Assembly (NCBI GenBank): GCA_040437565.1
Contig: JBDOQK010000078.1
Span: 62,001-114,142 of the forward strand
Reading direction: 5' to 3'
DNA from: Albugo candida
Lineage: Eukaryota
DNA: 52,142 nt
Below the pieces are notes generated by a model. That model made no database searches, was not told the origin of the DNA, and was given only the letters and a program-made list of their open reading frames with translations. Made by a program: the position numbers and the translations under genes. Positions 1 through 11,199 of the stretch are shown here, piece after piece. The stretch's first letter is position 1; each line of letters begins with the position of its first letter.

Positions 1-103
1 GTANNNNNNNNNNNNNNNNNNNNNNNNNNNNNNNNNNNNNNNNNNNNNNNNNNNNNNNNNNNNNNNNNNNNNNNNNNNNNNNNNNNNNNNNNNNNNNNNN
101 NNN

Positions 104-1110
104 GGCCGTCTTGAGCTCTGAGACGGCGAGTCTGTGGATTTCGGTTCAAAATTTGCACCGGAAATCTCATCGACTTTTTTATCGTCTCGCTGGTACCTAA
201 AGGATAGGTAGAGATGAAGCACTCTTCAAAGAAGGCGAATTGTGAATGTTGCGTAAAGTATGGAGAAGCGAGGAGCCTTGGGTTCTGGTACGCGCTTATA
301 GCTCTCTCGGGGTCGAGAATATCTCTCTGCATCGAAAACAGCACGTGACTTTAGTGATTCTAAAGTGGAGCCTATTGTTCTTTGCGCTGTCGATCGCCTC
401 ACTACAGTCGTGCATAGAGCTACCAGCTCAGCGTAATCAGACTTGCCCAATTATGAGTGAAGAAACAATGTCAAATGACGGAGAGTAAGTCGGTGTGCTC
501 CTTGGTAGCCGATTGCTGGCTATATCCACCTCACAGAATTGCGCATAGCGTGAGAAGAAGTCTTCAAGTCGTTAATGATTGTTGAGTGGTACTTTAAAGC
601 AGCTCTTTGATGTTGTGGTCGAGAATATCCTCTCCTGCGTGGAGAAGCGAAAATTGATCTTCTCAAGCCTAAAAACGAATGGAGGATTCTTCCTCAGCTT
701 TAGAGGCACACTCAGCCAGGTTACCGCAAGGCTCTGAGACTGTGTGGGTCCCCACCGTATTGCTCAGATACCATCAACGGATCCTTCACGTCCCCCACGC
801 AGTTGTCATATGTGGATCTCGCATCTTTGAATAGAAAGCGAACGGGTGAGCGCTTACGCCATCGCCTGATAGTAAGCCCTGATACCATTACAATATGTCG
901 CGTTTGAGGCTGCCGCGCTTTGACTCGACCATTGAGACGGCTTCGCTGACAAAAGTCGCTTTTGGGAGAATTCATTGAGTGTTACCGTTCGCTTGACAAT
1001 AAGTCTCACACATATGGCTTGCCCCATGCAGTTGTTGTATTTTTTCCATTCACTAGCGCACGGTAATGATGAAGAAAGCTGCAGCATTAATGCCTTATAT
1101 ATGCCTACAC
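104..1110 (-). pseudogene. Possible decayed coding sequence (effector-like remnant)
   Basis: Minus-strand frames give long protein-like stretches broken by isolated stops and frameshifts (e.g. ...LAVTWLSVPLKLRKNPPFVFRLEKINFRF..., ...KVTCCFRCREIF...). No family recognised. Confidence 0.2.
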
Positions 1111-1702
1111 ATTGATTGGATGTTATTCGGTGCGAAATGTTTTGATTGAACAAAAATGGATTCTAGAACACCGATCCCAAATGATCGGAAGCACACGAGA
1201 AAACATTCTACGGCACGTGAAGACGCAAGGAAATAAGTGTGATCTAAACGTTGCTAGCAACGAAGGAGCAACATGCCCGCGCTTGCGAAAGATGGAAAAA
1301 TGGACACCTCATCTGCCCATTTAGCACTGAAATCAGTCAAATCAAGCTCAACCACGCCGACCGGAACAGCCACTCGTAGTAGCGTAACGGAGATCAGTAG
1401 TATCTCGCGATTTGGATGGGAAATTGAGGAATCGAGTTGTCAGTAACATTTGAATACCGCTGTTGGCTCACATTGCCTCGTAAGGAGAAAGTGATGATTT
1501 ATATCACAAGCGTGATGGCGTCGGAGAGTTACCTTCCGATAACATCCAGTGGGATCTACGAAACCTTCTTTCGACCTGAGAGTATGTGAAGCTTAACAAG
1601 CTATGAACAAAATCCTTATACGTATTTGTAGATTCCAGATCTTCACGACGCTAATTACCGGTATCATCACCAGTCGGTGTACTGACGTACTCTGATTCCT
1701 GG

Positions 1703-2925
1703 TTACAGACTGGTTGTTTCGAACTTGGATAAATCAATTGTGCCTTTGGAATGCAAATACCGCCTATAGAAGAATCGCATTACGACTATTTTAAAGAAAG
1801 AAGATAAGAACACAATCTGGGCAAGTTTGACATCAAAGAACCCATCATCGTCAAATAAGCCAACTTCTAGCGATCCTGCAACCGAAAGAATGGACCTGAT
1901 GAAGCTAGATTTTACCACGCTCGTTTATGATAAATGCTTCTCATACTGGAACATGTATGAGAAGGTGATGATGAGATGAAGAAAACTATCGCCAAAGCCT
2001 GGACGAAGTCTAAAGCCAATAGCGGGGCTACGTTTTAGGCTCGGTACGATAGTCTCACTCGAAATCCAGCCGCTTGTGCGCACTTTTCGACATTCAGCGG
2101 TAATCGTACTTGGACGTGCACCGTTGCGAAGCTGACGATACGTTTTTGAAAATGACTTTACACAATCCTGAAGCCGGAAAACCGAATGGAATCCACGCTT
2201 TTGGTCTCCGATTCGAAAAAATGCATTTGAAACAAGGTTCAAGCGTCAAATCTATGCCGTTAGCATTACCAAATACAGCAAAGAAGCGCATCATACAGTC
2301 GAAATTCGTCAATGCAGCAGTCGTTTCCGTTTGAATGCAACGCTCGTTGCACTTTCACAGAGAATGACGCCACCATTACATACAGACGGGAACTTCTGAT
2401 ACCTCCAGTATACGGCTTGTCAAGACCATTCTGATGCATATACTCTTACAAAAAAAGCACCGATTCTCGAAAGACAAGCCGTACAATCGTTGAAACTCAG
2501 ATGAAACTGGTGGAATCCAGCTCATCGGATCCGTCCTCAATACCCGCACCGCATCGACAATCCTACTTCCAAGCCAATCACAGCTTCTCCAATAATTGAG
2601 GCGCCAATTCCGATTCCCTCTATTTGTCTCTTCCAAGTGGTCAAAGCGCATTCTTCCGAAAAGGTCGACAGCATAACTTTCTTCTCGTTATCCGACGAAA
2701 TCAGGTTCGGGAAAGACGAAACAAGTCAGAGAGTTTCAAGAATGCAACCGATAATTCAACTTACTTACTTGGAGTTTATTATCAAGACACTCAACATGGC
2801 ACGCTCCAAGTAGCGAAGACTCCTGAATTCGTCATTTATTGAAAAAATGCTATCAAATGCAACAGAGACAGAATCAGAAGACAAGAAGCCAATGCGAGTA
2901 ACAAGTTCTGTCACGTACGCCACAT
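1703..2925 (-). pseudogene. Decayed secreted multi-CxxC (CCG/CHxC-like) effector gene
   Basis: Manual minus-strand translation gives a broken signal-peptide-like start (MWRT*QNLLLALASCLLILSLLHLIAFF). It is followed in shifting frames by GACHVECLDNK (~2800), DCTACLSRIG (~2480) and EPCFKCIFS (~2230), then C-terminal ORF fragments 1925-2242 and 1703-1918. Multiple stops and frameshifts. Confidence 0.45.
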
Positions 2926-3529
2926 ATTCCTGTTTGTGAATTCAAATACCTCAACATTATTGGCATGGGATTCTGGAGATGATGCGTTTGTGGGAGACTG
3001 CTATGTTGATGTGGGAATGTCGTCATCAACGGAGGCACGGAGACTATGTTCGAGTATCGTTCTTCCTGATAGGATCCAGTCGAATTCATAGTGAAAAGGG
3101 GCTTGGCGTTGGAAGGATGAATGCGGTCGGGGTTGAGCTATCGCTTCTAGTACAAAACGTTTTCACGGCACATGCATACCATTCCGTTTATGCGTGTGAT
3201 CTATTGAAATAAATTATACGACAGCCATTTATACAAAGAAATGGAAAGGGCTCATACCAGCAGGGGGACAAAACCCTTCGAATGCACACTTCCTGTACAG
3301 CCATCATGACAATCGTCGTTTTCGAGAGTTTAGTGGCATGCTTTCTCCCTCATTGGATGTGACAGGTATCAGCATGGGAGCATCGTCCATTACAAGCAAT
3401 CGCATTTCGTCTCCAAAGTCAATCGAGCCGACGACACTCATCGTATTTTGATATCTTCAAAGAATCAAAGTAACGTAGAAAGAGCTTAACAGGATCTTGC
3501 AAATTGGAAGATTCACTGAGGGAGTGCCT

Positions 3530-6345
3530 ACAAGACTTCCGCATACGGGTGATGACATGAGCACGATAGCATGGGCTACTACACACTTTAAAGACGGCAA
3601 TACACAAGCTCGATGTAAGCTCGACCCCATACATTGTGAACTACTCAGATTCAAATAAAGCTCGACGAGATCATGGACCAAGCACAACCACGAGTCAAAT
3701 ACAAAGGGTACAAACGTGACCCCGCAGTCTGTCGAAATCTGGGGCACTATCACATTGCTCATCGAAGGCAACACGATGGATCACTCTTTGGTTAAGCTTT
3801 GCACCGTGCAGAAGTATTGAGAATTAGCGGGCGTTCTGCATGTAAGACAGAAACGGGTACAGACATAATGTAGAGTCAGGTTGAAATAACAAAAACGGCA
3901 CGGTATATGCGAGGCAGTACATTTGTTCGTGGTTGCAAAAAAAAGCTGATTTTAGCCATTGTTTGATGCCTTCTTCGGGCTTTTAAAGTGCCCATTTGGC
4001 ACCTTCCCAGTTGACCTTTTGAATGTGGGCTTGCTTAATGTTTTTGTCGTTTTTGTTGGTAGCTTCTACCAGATTTATCAATTCTTCTTCCAAGGTTCCA
4101 TCCTGTTGAAGAAGTGCAAATCCGCCTTTTTTTAAGACATGATTTATCATCTCAAAATCACTCATTGAAGCCCCTGAGGCGAAGTCAGCTGTCCTTCCTT
4201 CCAATTTAGCTTCAATTATCTTCATTTTGCCTTCACCATCAGCGGCCTGAACTTTTCCTAGAAGGACATCAGCCATCACGTCATCTTCGCCTTTCCCATG
4301 GATTTCTGCCTCAGTGATAGAGCCAAACGTATGCTGTAACTCGATCTTAAGCTTAGAATGTTCGATCATAGCTTCCAAATACAGTTTTGGCATCTTACTG
4401 ATCACGTACGGGGTCACTCCCTTGTCGATCAATGCGGCGACAAGCATCTTCTGTTCTTCGTAAGCAGCCGGACATCTGATTGGCATCGGATGCCAACCAA
4501 TAAGTTCATGGTGGTATTCATGGAACATTGGACCATTAAAAGGTTTCGCGAGCACACTCTTTAAAAGTTCTTTTTGATCCTTCAAAGTCATTTTATAAAG
4601 CAGTCTACGTCCAATAGTGGCTAACAAGTGAGCACACTCTCGTTTGCGCGAATCATCCTCCATGAATCTATATAACTCTTTCATCCAAAGCGCGATATAA
4701 GCTCCCAATTCGTTCAATTTGAATCTGTTGGGTCCCTCCTTTGTCGACTTCGGATTATATTGTTTAAAATAACTTTCGATTGCCGACACAATATCGTCGA
4801 ATGTGATCGATTTTTTTTGGCCTTGGTCTTGATCTTGATCTTCGCCTTGTAACTCCACGGACTTTGGGACACAAATGCTTTTTTTTTTCTGCATTTTCAA
4901 ACCCAAACACCTTTTTGACATCCTCATGCCCAAAGGCAAAGTTGAATTCTCGTACTTGCCAGGAAGCAACGGGGATCTCCAATGTGCCATTTACGAGACC
5001 AGCATTCATTTCGAAAACGGCAAACTTATGGGGCTTGTCGTTGCTGATTTCTTTGAAAAACGCTTTGAAAAACTGCTCCGAACCAGTACCCTTAATCTTG
5101 GTCATAAAGGATTTCTCTGAGCCGCGAATACAAACGAACGCAAGCAATCCGAAGATCAATTGCTTGAGAGCCATTAGACCAATTTGAAAATAAATGGTGA
5201 AATCGTGACCTTACCTCTGCCACTTAAGACCCTTTTTTGTATGAGATGCATCGCATTCTTTATTACAGAGAGTTCGATTTCGCGTTCGAAAAAAAATAGA
5301 AGGTAGACCTCTACGCAAGGGATGGTGAGGCACTATTCCTATTACCTTACTAAAATCAACTGGTTCAAAGTTGCCCAATACGTTGTCGCTCTGAAATTGT
5401 GCGGGAAAGAGTATCTGAATGTTCCTTCCTTGCAGCCTAAGAGGCGGCACCCAACAGCATTCGATAATGGATAGCGCGCAGGCAATACACACTCAACAGA
5501 ATTCGAATCGATGACTGGTATATAAAATGTGTTTGATACAAAGCATTATACATAAACAGGACATCGTTCGAATCATCCAACTGCTACGTGTAAGGTGTTA
5601 TTGCGACCTCATACGCAAATGCGCCATCTGAGATGATGCCCTGATTAGGAATGGATGCGAAGAGAATGTATACTAAATAGCGTGACACTTAGAGTAAGGA
5701 CTAAATATGCTGCAAAGGTATCATCGACCGGTGGATTCAGTCGAATCTTGAGAAATCGATGCTGAATGATCCATACGTTTCGAAAATACGATCTTTCGAT
5801 CCAATCCCCTGTCAGATATAAGGTCGGCGCATTTTAATAATTGTGATTGCAGTCCTCGCTAAGGTGAATTGGTCAAGGCGCACTACATTAGGGTTTGTTA
5901 TCAAGCAACTGCATAATGATCGCTTGATTGTTGGTTTCGTCCTTCATTTCTGATCGTTTGATGCATCGACGGGAAGAATGTAGCTTGCGATGCAAAAACT
6001 TAACTGAATTCGTTTGCGAGGCAGTAATAAGCTAGCTCAAAAGCAGGCATGTTCTTGACATGTATGTTTTGACTTGATACGAGTATACTCGCTTTCTCCC
6101 GTTGTTGGCTAGAAGAAGCGCCATAGTTTGATAACGTGATTGCCTTATTCCATTTCACGTCGTCGTGATGCAACCATCAGCTGGGTGCTCCGAAAAAAAA
6201 ACTTCTTGTGACTGAGTGAATGAAGTCTTTCTACTTTCTTACCTCCATGAAACAGCACGATTTGACTCATAAAATGCGCCAAGCAACCCTGAGCATGGAT
6301 GAACATCCACGTGATTGATGGCGCTCAGGCTACTGCGCTGGTAAG
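3530..6345. repeat. Segmental duplication copy A (paralogous to ~7190-10484)
   Basis: Collinear matches, e.g. 'ctccgaaccagtacccttaatcttg' (~5076 vs ~8797), 'gtggattcagtcgaatcttgagaaatcgatgctg' (~5731 vs ~9568), 'ctccatgaaacagcacgatt' (~6243 vs ~10385), 'gatggcgctcaggctactgc' (~6317 vs ~10460). Confidence 0.9.
3983..5174 (-). pseudogene. Secreted HAD-fold (phosphatase-like) protein, copy A; one +1 frameshift in an A10 homopolymer (true pseudogene or sequencing error)
   Basis: ORF 4764-5174 (MALKQLIFGLLAFVCIRGS..., signal-peptide-like) and ORF 3983-4990 join at AEKK|SICVPK to give a full-length paralog of 7621-8895. The T-run at 4879-4888 is 10 nt versus 9 nt (8601-8609) in the intact paralog. 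Confidence 0.75.
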
Positions 6346-7620
6346 CCTGAGGCACTGCAACAAGTAATAGATTCGATCGAGCCATTAAAGTTCCACTTCT
6401 TGACACCAAATATTTGATATATTGCAGGAAGAAGCTGAACGAGTATGTTTTTCACTCTTACCATATGACCGTGCACTTTGTTGAATTCTAGTGGTTGCTG
6501 ATCCTTTCAGGTACTGCATAAACACAAGTCTGTCAAAGTAATTACAATTATCCCAACTAAAGTCTAGATATAGAGGTTGCATGTCAGCACGGTAATCGAA
6601 CACTTCGTATTATTCACAGGGCAGAAAGTGTTGAATGCCGCAGTCAGGTACAGCAAGTGTAGCGCCTGAATGTTAATGTCGCGTGACTTGAGAAGAGACA
6701 TGGATGTCATGATATATTTTTGATGCACAGATAAGTGTCCACGTTGGATGTCGTTTCTCCATACACCTCATTCTCCTCGATACGCTCATTGTATTGGCTG
6801 GCTGAGAATTCCTCTTTGTTCGTTGCCTATTTGATCGAGCTGATTTATCAAGCATAATAGTATAATAAATAGTGAAATGTAGTTTTCTCTTATCGCGCGG
6901 TAGAAATGAGCATTGTATTCACTTTGTGCATGCTGATGGACCATCGCATAGGTAGCATCCTTCAATTTGATGCATCCAGGAAGAAGATTAAGAGTTGTTT
7001 TATCTAGGCGCTAAATACAGTATTGGATGTGCTCTATTTGGGAGTCCTGTATTAAGAAGCCAATAGTATCCGCCAGTTTTTCCAAAAACTAAGCGCTTGC
7101 ATGAATATGCTTGTCGATAAGTAGAAAAGAAGGCGCGCATCAAAACAAATAAAATGTCCTCCTCCAGTGTCCGTGTACACATAGGACGCACTCGCACTTC
7201 CACACGGGCGATGACATGCAGCACGCCCGCATAGGCCGCAGACAAGGTCGATCAAAAGGATTGCTTTGTTTGAGAACGCTCGTGAATCAAATGTCCCATC
7301 CTTCTTATACGTTGCCACATACTCAAATTCAAGTAAGATGGACGAGATCATGTACCAACCGCAATAATGAGCCAAAATACACGTCAGGGTATTTATGTTG
7401 GATGAATGCCCCACAATTCGAAATTAATGCTACAAAGTACAAGTGTGGGAGATAGGCTGCAAACGACTCCGCTGTAGATTGAAAATAGGTACATAGACAA
7501 TGTAGATTCAGGTTGAGATAATAACAACGGCACGGTATAGTGAGGTTGTACATTTATTCGTGCATCAAGTGTATTGTAGTTATTGGTTTGAGCCTTCGAA
7601 TTCTTTGTATATTTAGGATA

Positions 7621-8895
7621 TTAAGCTGACCATGTGGCATCTTCCTGGTGGACATGTTGGATGTGCACCCGCTTAGCTTTTCCGTATTTATTCTCGATAG
7701 CTTGTGCCAGGTATTTCATATATACTGGTTGTGAAGGTGACGGTAAAAATTGGTGGATAAGCGCAAATCCACCGTTTTCTAAGACATAATCGAACATCTT
7801 AAAGTCACCTATTGTGACCCCTGAAACGAAGACAGGTGTTTTTCCTTCCAATTCAGCTTTGATTTTATTCACTTTTCCTTCATCATATATGGCAATACCA
7901 TTTCCCGTAAGTATAACAGCATCCACATCTTCCGTATGTTCTTTTGCCTTAGAGAAAGAGCCAAACACATTCTTTGGCTCGATAGCAAGCATAAAATGCT
8001 TGACCAAAGCTTCTGAATATACTTTTGGCCTCGCGCTGATCACGTACGGGGTCACACTCTTGTCAACCAATGCGGTGATGAGCGCCCTTTGTTCTTCGAA
8101 GACAGCCGGAAGACCAATTGGTAATGATTGCACACCAACTATGTCATCCACGTAGAAATCGTACATACGATTTTCCTTCGGAGGGTTATCAAGCACACGC
8201 TCCAGGAGCACTCTTTGATCCTTTAAAGCCATTTTATAAAGCAGTCTATGTCCAACAGTAGCTGCCAAGTAAACACACTCATCTATGCGTGAAAGATCCT
8301 CCATGAATTCATATACTGCTCTCTGCCAAACGCCAACATAAGCTCCAAATTTTTGTCTATCATTACGTAATAATTCCTTAGTTTTCGATTTCGGTTTCAG
8401 TTTCGTATTCAGTTTCGATTTCGATTTCGATTTCGATCTCGATTTCAATTTCAATTTCGATCTCGATTCCGACTTGGATTTCGATTTCGATTTTGACTTC
8501 GGCTGATATTTGAAAAAAATGTCCTTGATCCCCGACACAATATCTCTCAACGGGATAGATTCACGTTCATTATACTTCAATTGCTTCGGCACACAGATGC
8601 TTTTTTTTTCTGCAGTTTTAAACCCAAACACGTCCTCGACATCGTCATGATCAAAAGCGAAGTAGAAGTCTCGTACTTGCAAGGCAAGAACGGGGAGCAA
8701 CAATGAGCCATTTACGATAGTATAATCCATTGCGAAAGCTGCATAATTATTGGCCTTGTCGTTGCTGCTTCTCTTGAAAACGCCTTTGAAAAAATTCTCC
8801 GAACCAGTACCCTTAATCTTGTTCAACAAGTCTCGTTCTGAGTCGCCATTACAAACGAACGGAAGCAATCCAAAGATCAAGTGCTTGATAGCCAT
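7621..8895 (-). CDS. Secreted HAD-superfamily phosphatase-like protein with degenerate catalytic motifs and a Lys/Ser repeat (candidate effector), 424 aa
   Basis: ATG at 8895 (MAIKHLIFGLLPFVCNGDS, hydrophobic leader) matches the copy A start. HAD-like elements: NYAAFAMDYTIVNG (motif I-like), EQRALITALVDKSVTPYVISA (motif II-like), GKVNKIK (motif III Lys), PVFVSGVTIGDFKM (motif IV-like). No introns needed. Confidence 0.75.
   Translation of the reverse strand: MAIKHLIFGLLPFVCNGDSERDLLNKIKGTGSENFFKGVFKRSSNDKANNYAAFAMDYTIVNGSLLLPVLALQVRDFYFAFDHDDVEDVFGFKTAEKKSICVPKQLKYNERESIPLRDIVSGIKDIFFKYQPKSKSKSKSKSESRSKLKLKSRSKSKSKSKLNTKLKPKSKTKELLRNDRQKFGAYVGVWQRAVYEFMEDLSRIDECVYLAATVGHRLLYKMALKDQRVLLERVLDNPPKENRMYDFYVDDIVGVQSLPIGLPAVFEEQRALITALVDKSVTPYVISARPKVYSEALVKHFMLAIEPKNVFGSFSKAKEHTEDVDAVILTGNGIAIYDEGKVNKIKAELEGKTPVFVSGVTIGDFKMFDYVLENGGFALIHQFLPSPSQPVYMKYLAQAIENKYGKAKRVHIQHVHQEDATWSA
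8383..8500 (-). repeat. Coding hexamer microsatellite (AAATCG-like) encoding KSKSKS... basic tract
   Basis: Repeated 'tttcga' units on the + strand translate to PKSKSKSKSKSESRSKLKLKSRSKSKSKSKLNTKLKPKSKT. Absent in copy A. Confidence 0.9.
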
Positions 8896-8901
8896 TATAC
8901 C

Positions 8902-8916
8902 AATCTGAAAATGAGT
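8902..8916 (-). promoter_or_regulatory. Oomycete INR/FPR-like core promoter motif
   Basis: Minus strand reads ACTCATTTTCAGATT a few nt upstream of ATG 8895, resembling the oomycete initiator/flanking element (TCAYTYYNCAWTT-like). A related motif precedes copy A. Confidence 0.4.
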
Positions 8917-10829
8917 GACAGATTTGTAAATCACCCCAGCCAAATTGTAGAAGATTAGATGAAGCCCGTCAAGTTGCGCAAAACTTCATAGAAGGGGGAG
9001 GAAGCCCGCGTATTCTGTTTGTGGACCGTTACGACATCTTAATGCGTTTTTCTGTATGAGAAACACTGCATTTTTTATTACAGAGAGTATGAGAAACTTT
9101 ACGTTCTTTATTACAGAGATTTCGATTTCGCGTTGGACAAGAAATAGAAGGTAGATCTTCACGCAAGGGATTACGAGACACCATTCCTATGACCTCAATC
9201 AAATCAACTGGGTCAAAGTTGCCCAATCCGCTGTCGTTCTAGAATTTTGTGGAAAAGATCATGTGGATGCTGTTTTCCTTGCAGCCTACAAGCTTGACCT
9301 CGACAACTTTCGATAAAGAATAGCGCGCAAGCGCAATACTCTCTCAATAGGATTCGAATCGAGTACCAATGACCTGATGGATAGATTGTGTTTAATACAA
9401 TACATTATACATATGTCGGAAATTCTTTGAATCATCCTGACTGCTGCGTGCAAAGTGCTATCGCGATCTCTTACGCAAATGTCCCAACTGACTTGATGCC
9501 CTGATCGAAGATGGATGCGAAGAGAATTAATGCTAAATAGCGTGACAATTAACGGTAGGACTACCAGTGGATTCAGTCGAATCTTGAGAAATCGATGCTG
9601 TAGAATCCAAATACGTTTCCAAAGTTTGACCTATCGATTCAATCCTTTGTCAGATAAAAGGTCGTTGCATTTTTTTTATTGTGATTGCAGTTTTCACAAA
9701 GGTGAATCATCTCTCGTCCAGTATTTATGCCAAAGTATAGCACACAAATGCTTGATCAGGAAACCTCAGCAGAAGGAACACCTAAGTAGAAGACGTCTAT
9801 ATTTTGAGCATTGAACTTGCTGCCGTCTGTGTAGATAAACATGATTTTCGGAATGAGTCCATGCAAAAACTACAACAGCTGGTAATATAGCTTACACTTA
9901 CGAGTGCTATGTTGAATTGCAACGCCCACCACAACTCAGAATTGATTCAGTTTTTGTTCAAATATGAATTGAACAATGCAACTTTCCTATAAAGATGTAC
10001 GTGACCCTTATTTGACCATAGTCAGGGCACCCCACATTAGGGTTTTGATATCAAGCGACTGCATGATGATTGCTTGATTGCTGGTTTCGTTCTTCAATTC
10101 TGATTGTCTGATACATCGACGAGACAAATATAGCTAGCGATGCGAATATTTAATTGAATGCGGTTGCGAGGCAGTGATAAGGCTGACTCAAAATCAGGCA
10201 TGTTCTTAAAAGGTGATGTTTTGCCTTGAGACGAGTATACCCGCTTTCTCCTGTTTGTAGCTAGAAGAAGGGCCATAGTATGATAACGTGATTGTCTTAA
10301 TTAACGTCGCGATGCACCCAGCAGATGGCTGCTCCGGAAAAAAATTCCAGTGACTGAATAAATGAAGTCTTCTACTTTTCTATCTCCATGAAACAGCACG
10401 ATTGGACTCATGAACCGTGCCGATAGCAGCTCTGAGCATGGATGAACATTCACGTGATTGATGGCGCTCAGGCTACTGCTCTGGNNNNNNNNNNNNNNNN
10501 NNNNNNNNNNNNNNNNNNNNNNNNNNNNNNNNNNNNNNNNNNNNNNNNNNNNNNNNNNNNNNNNNNNNNNNNNNNNNNNNNNNNCAAAACAAGCTTTAGT
10601 AATTAGAAATTTTTCCTTCCCACAATTTTTTCATAATACACTTTATTTTCGGCCATTACTTTATAATACCTTTTGCATCTTTGCGACGCATTATAGCTCA
10701 ACAAACTGTCGATGAATCGTCTAATAATGGTGAGTGTTTAGCTTACTTGAAGGTATCTATATTACTAGATTAGCCTTAGACGTAAATGGCTTCTATTAGT
10801 TAAAAATGTAAACTTATTTATTTTTCGAA

Positions 10830-11150
10830 ATAGTTGTGGGAGTAATAATTTGAGTAGGCATGACGTAATCTAAATTAAAAATAAATGTAGTATAAAAAAA
10901 AGTTGTCGGGATATCGTAACCATTATTTATTGTTACAATAATTAAGTTGGCATGACGTGATCTAAATTAAAAATAAGTGTAATTTAACAAAACTTGTCGG
11001 GACATCGAAACCATTATTTATTGTTACGAAAAACTTGTGGGAGTTATAATTTAAGTAGGCATGATGTAATTTGAAATGAAAAATAAAAAATGTAATAAAA
11101 AAAGCTGTCGGGATATCAAAAATAGTTGTCGGGCTATCAATACGCAAAAT
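10830..11150. repeat. AT-rich imperfect tandem repeat, ~3 units of 92-109 bp
   Basis: 'ggcatga(c/t)gt.at.t.aa.t.aaaaataa...tgtcggga(t/c)atc' recurs at 10857, 10949 and 11058. 'aaccattatttattgttac' occurs twice. Confidence 0.8.
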
Positions 11151-11199
11151 AAAAAGTAGTTCGTCTTTGGCGCGCGGTAAAAATGAGCAGTGCATTCAC

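Larger units (their letters stand above)
7190..10484. repeat. Segmental duplication copy B (runs into the gap at 10485)
   Basis: Collinear with copy A. Carries extra sequence at ~8920-9025 and ~9710-10020 relative to A. Confidence 0.9.

Noticed and set aside
3419-3925. Hydrophobic, Cys-rich short ORFs downstream of the HAD-like genes (also 7052-7553)
   Set aside because: Frames are not conserved between duplicates and no family is recognisable; treated as non-coding or highly decayed.
5211-5492. Short ORFs upstream of both HAD-like genes with similar translations (also 9029-9226)
   Set aside because: Similarity is explained by the segmental duplication; non-ATG starts and indels differ between copies.
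10830-11150. Repeat-spacer-like pattern (CRISPR?)
   Set aside because: Units are long and imperfect, the intervening sequence is also homologous, there are no cas genes, and the context is eukaryotic.
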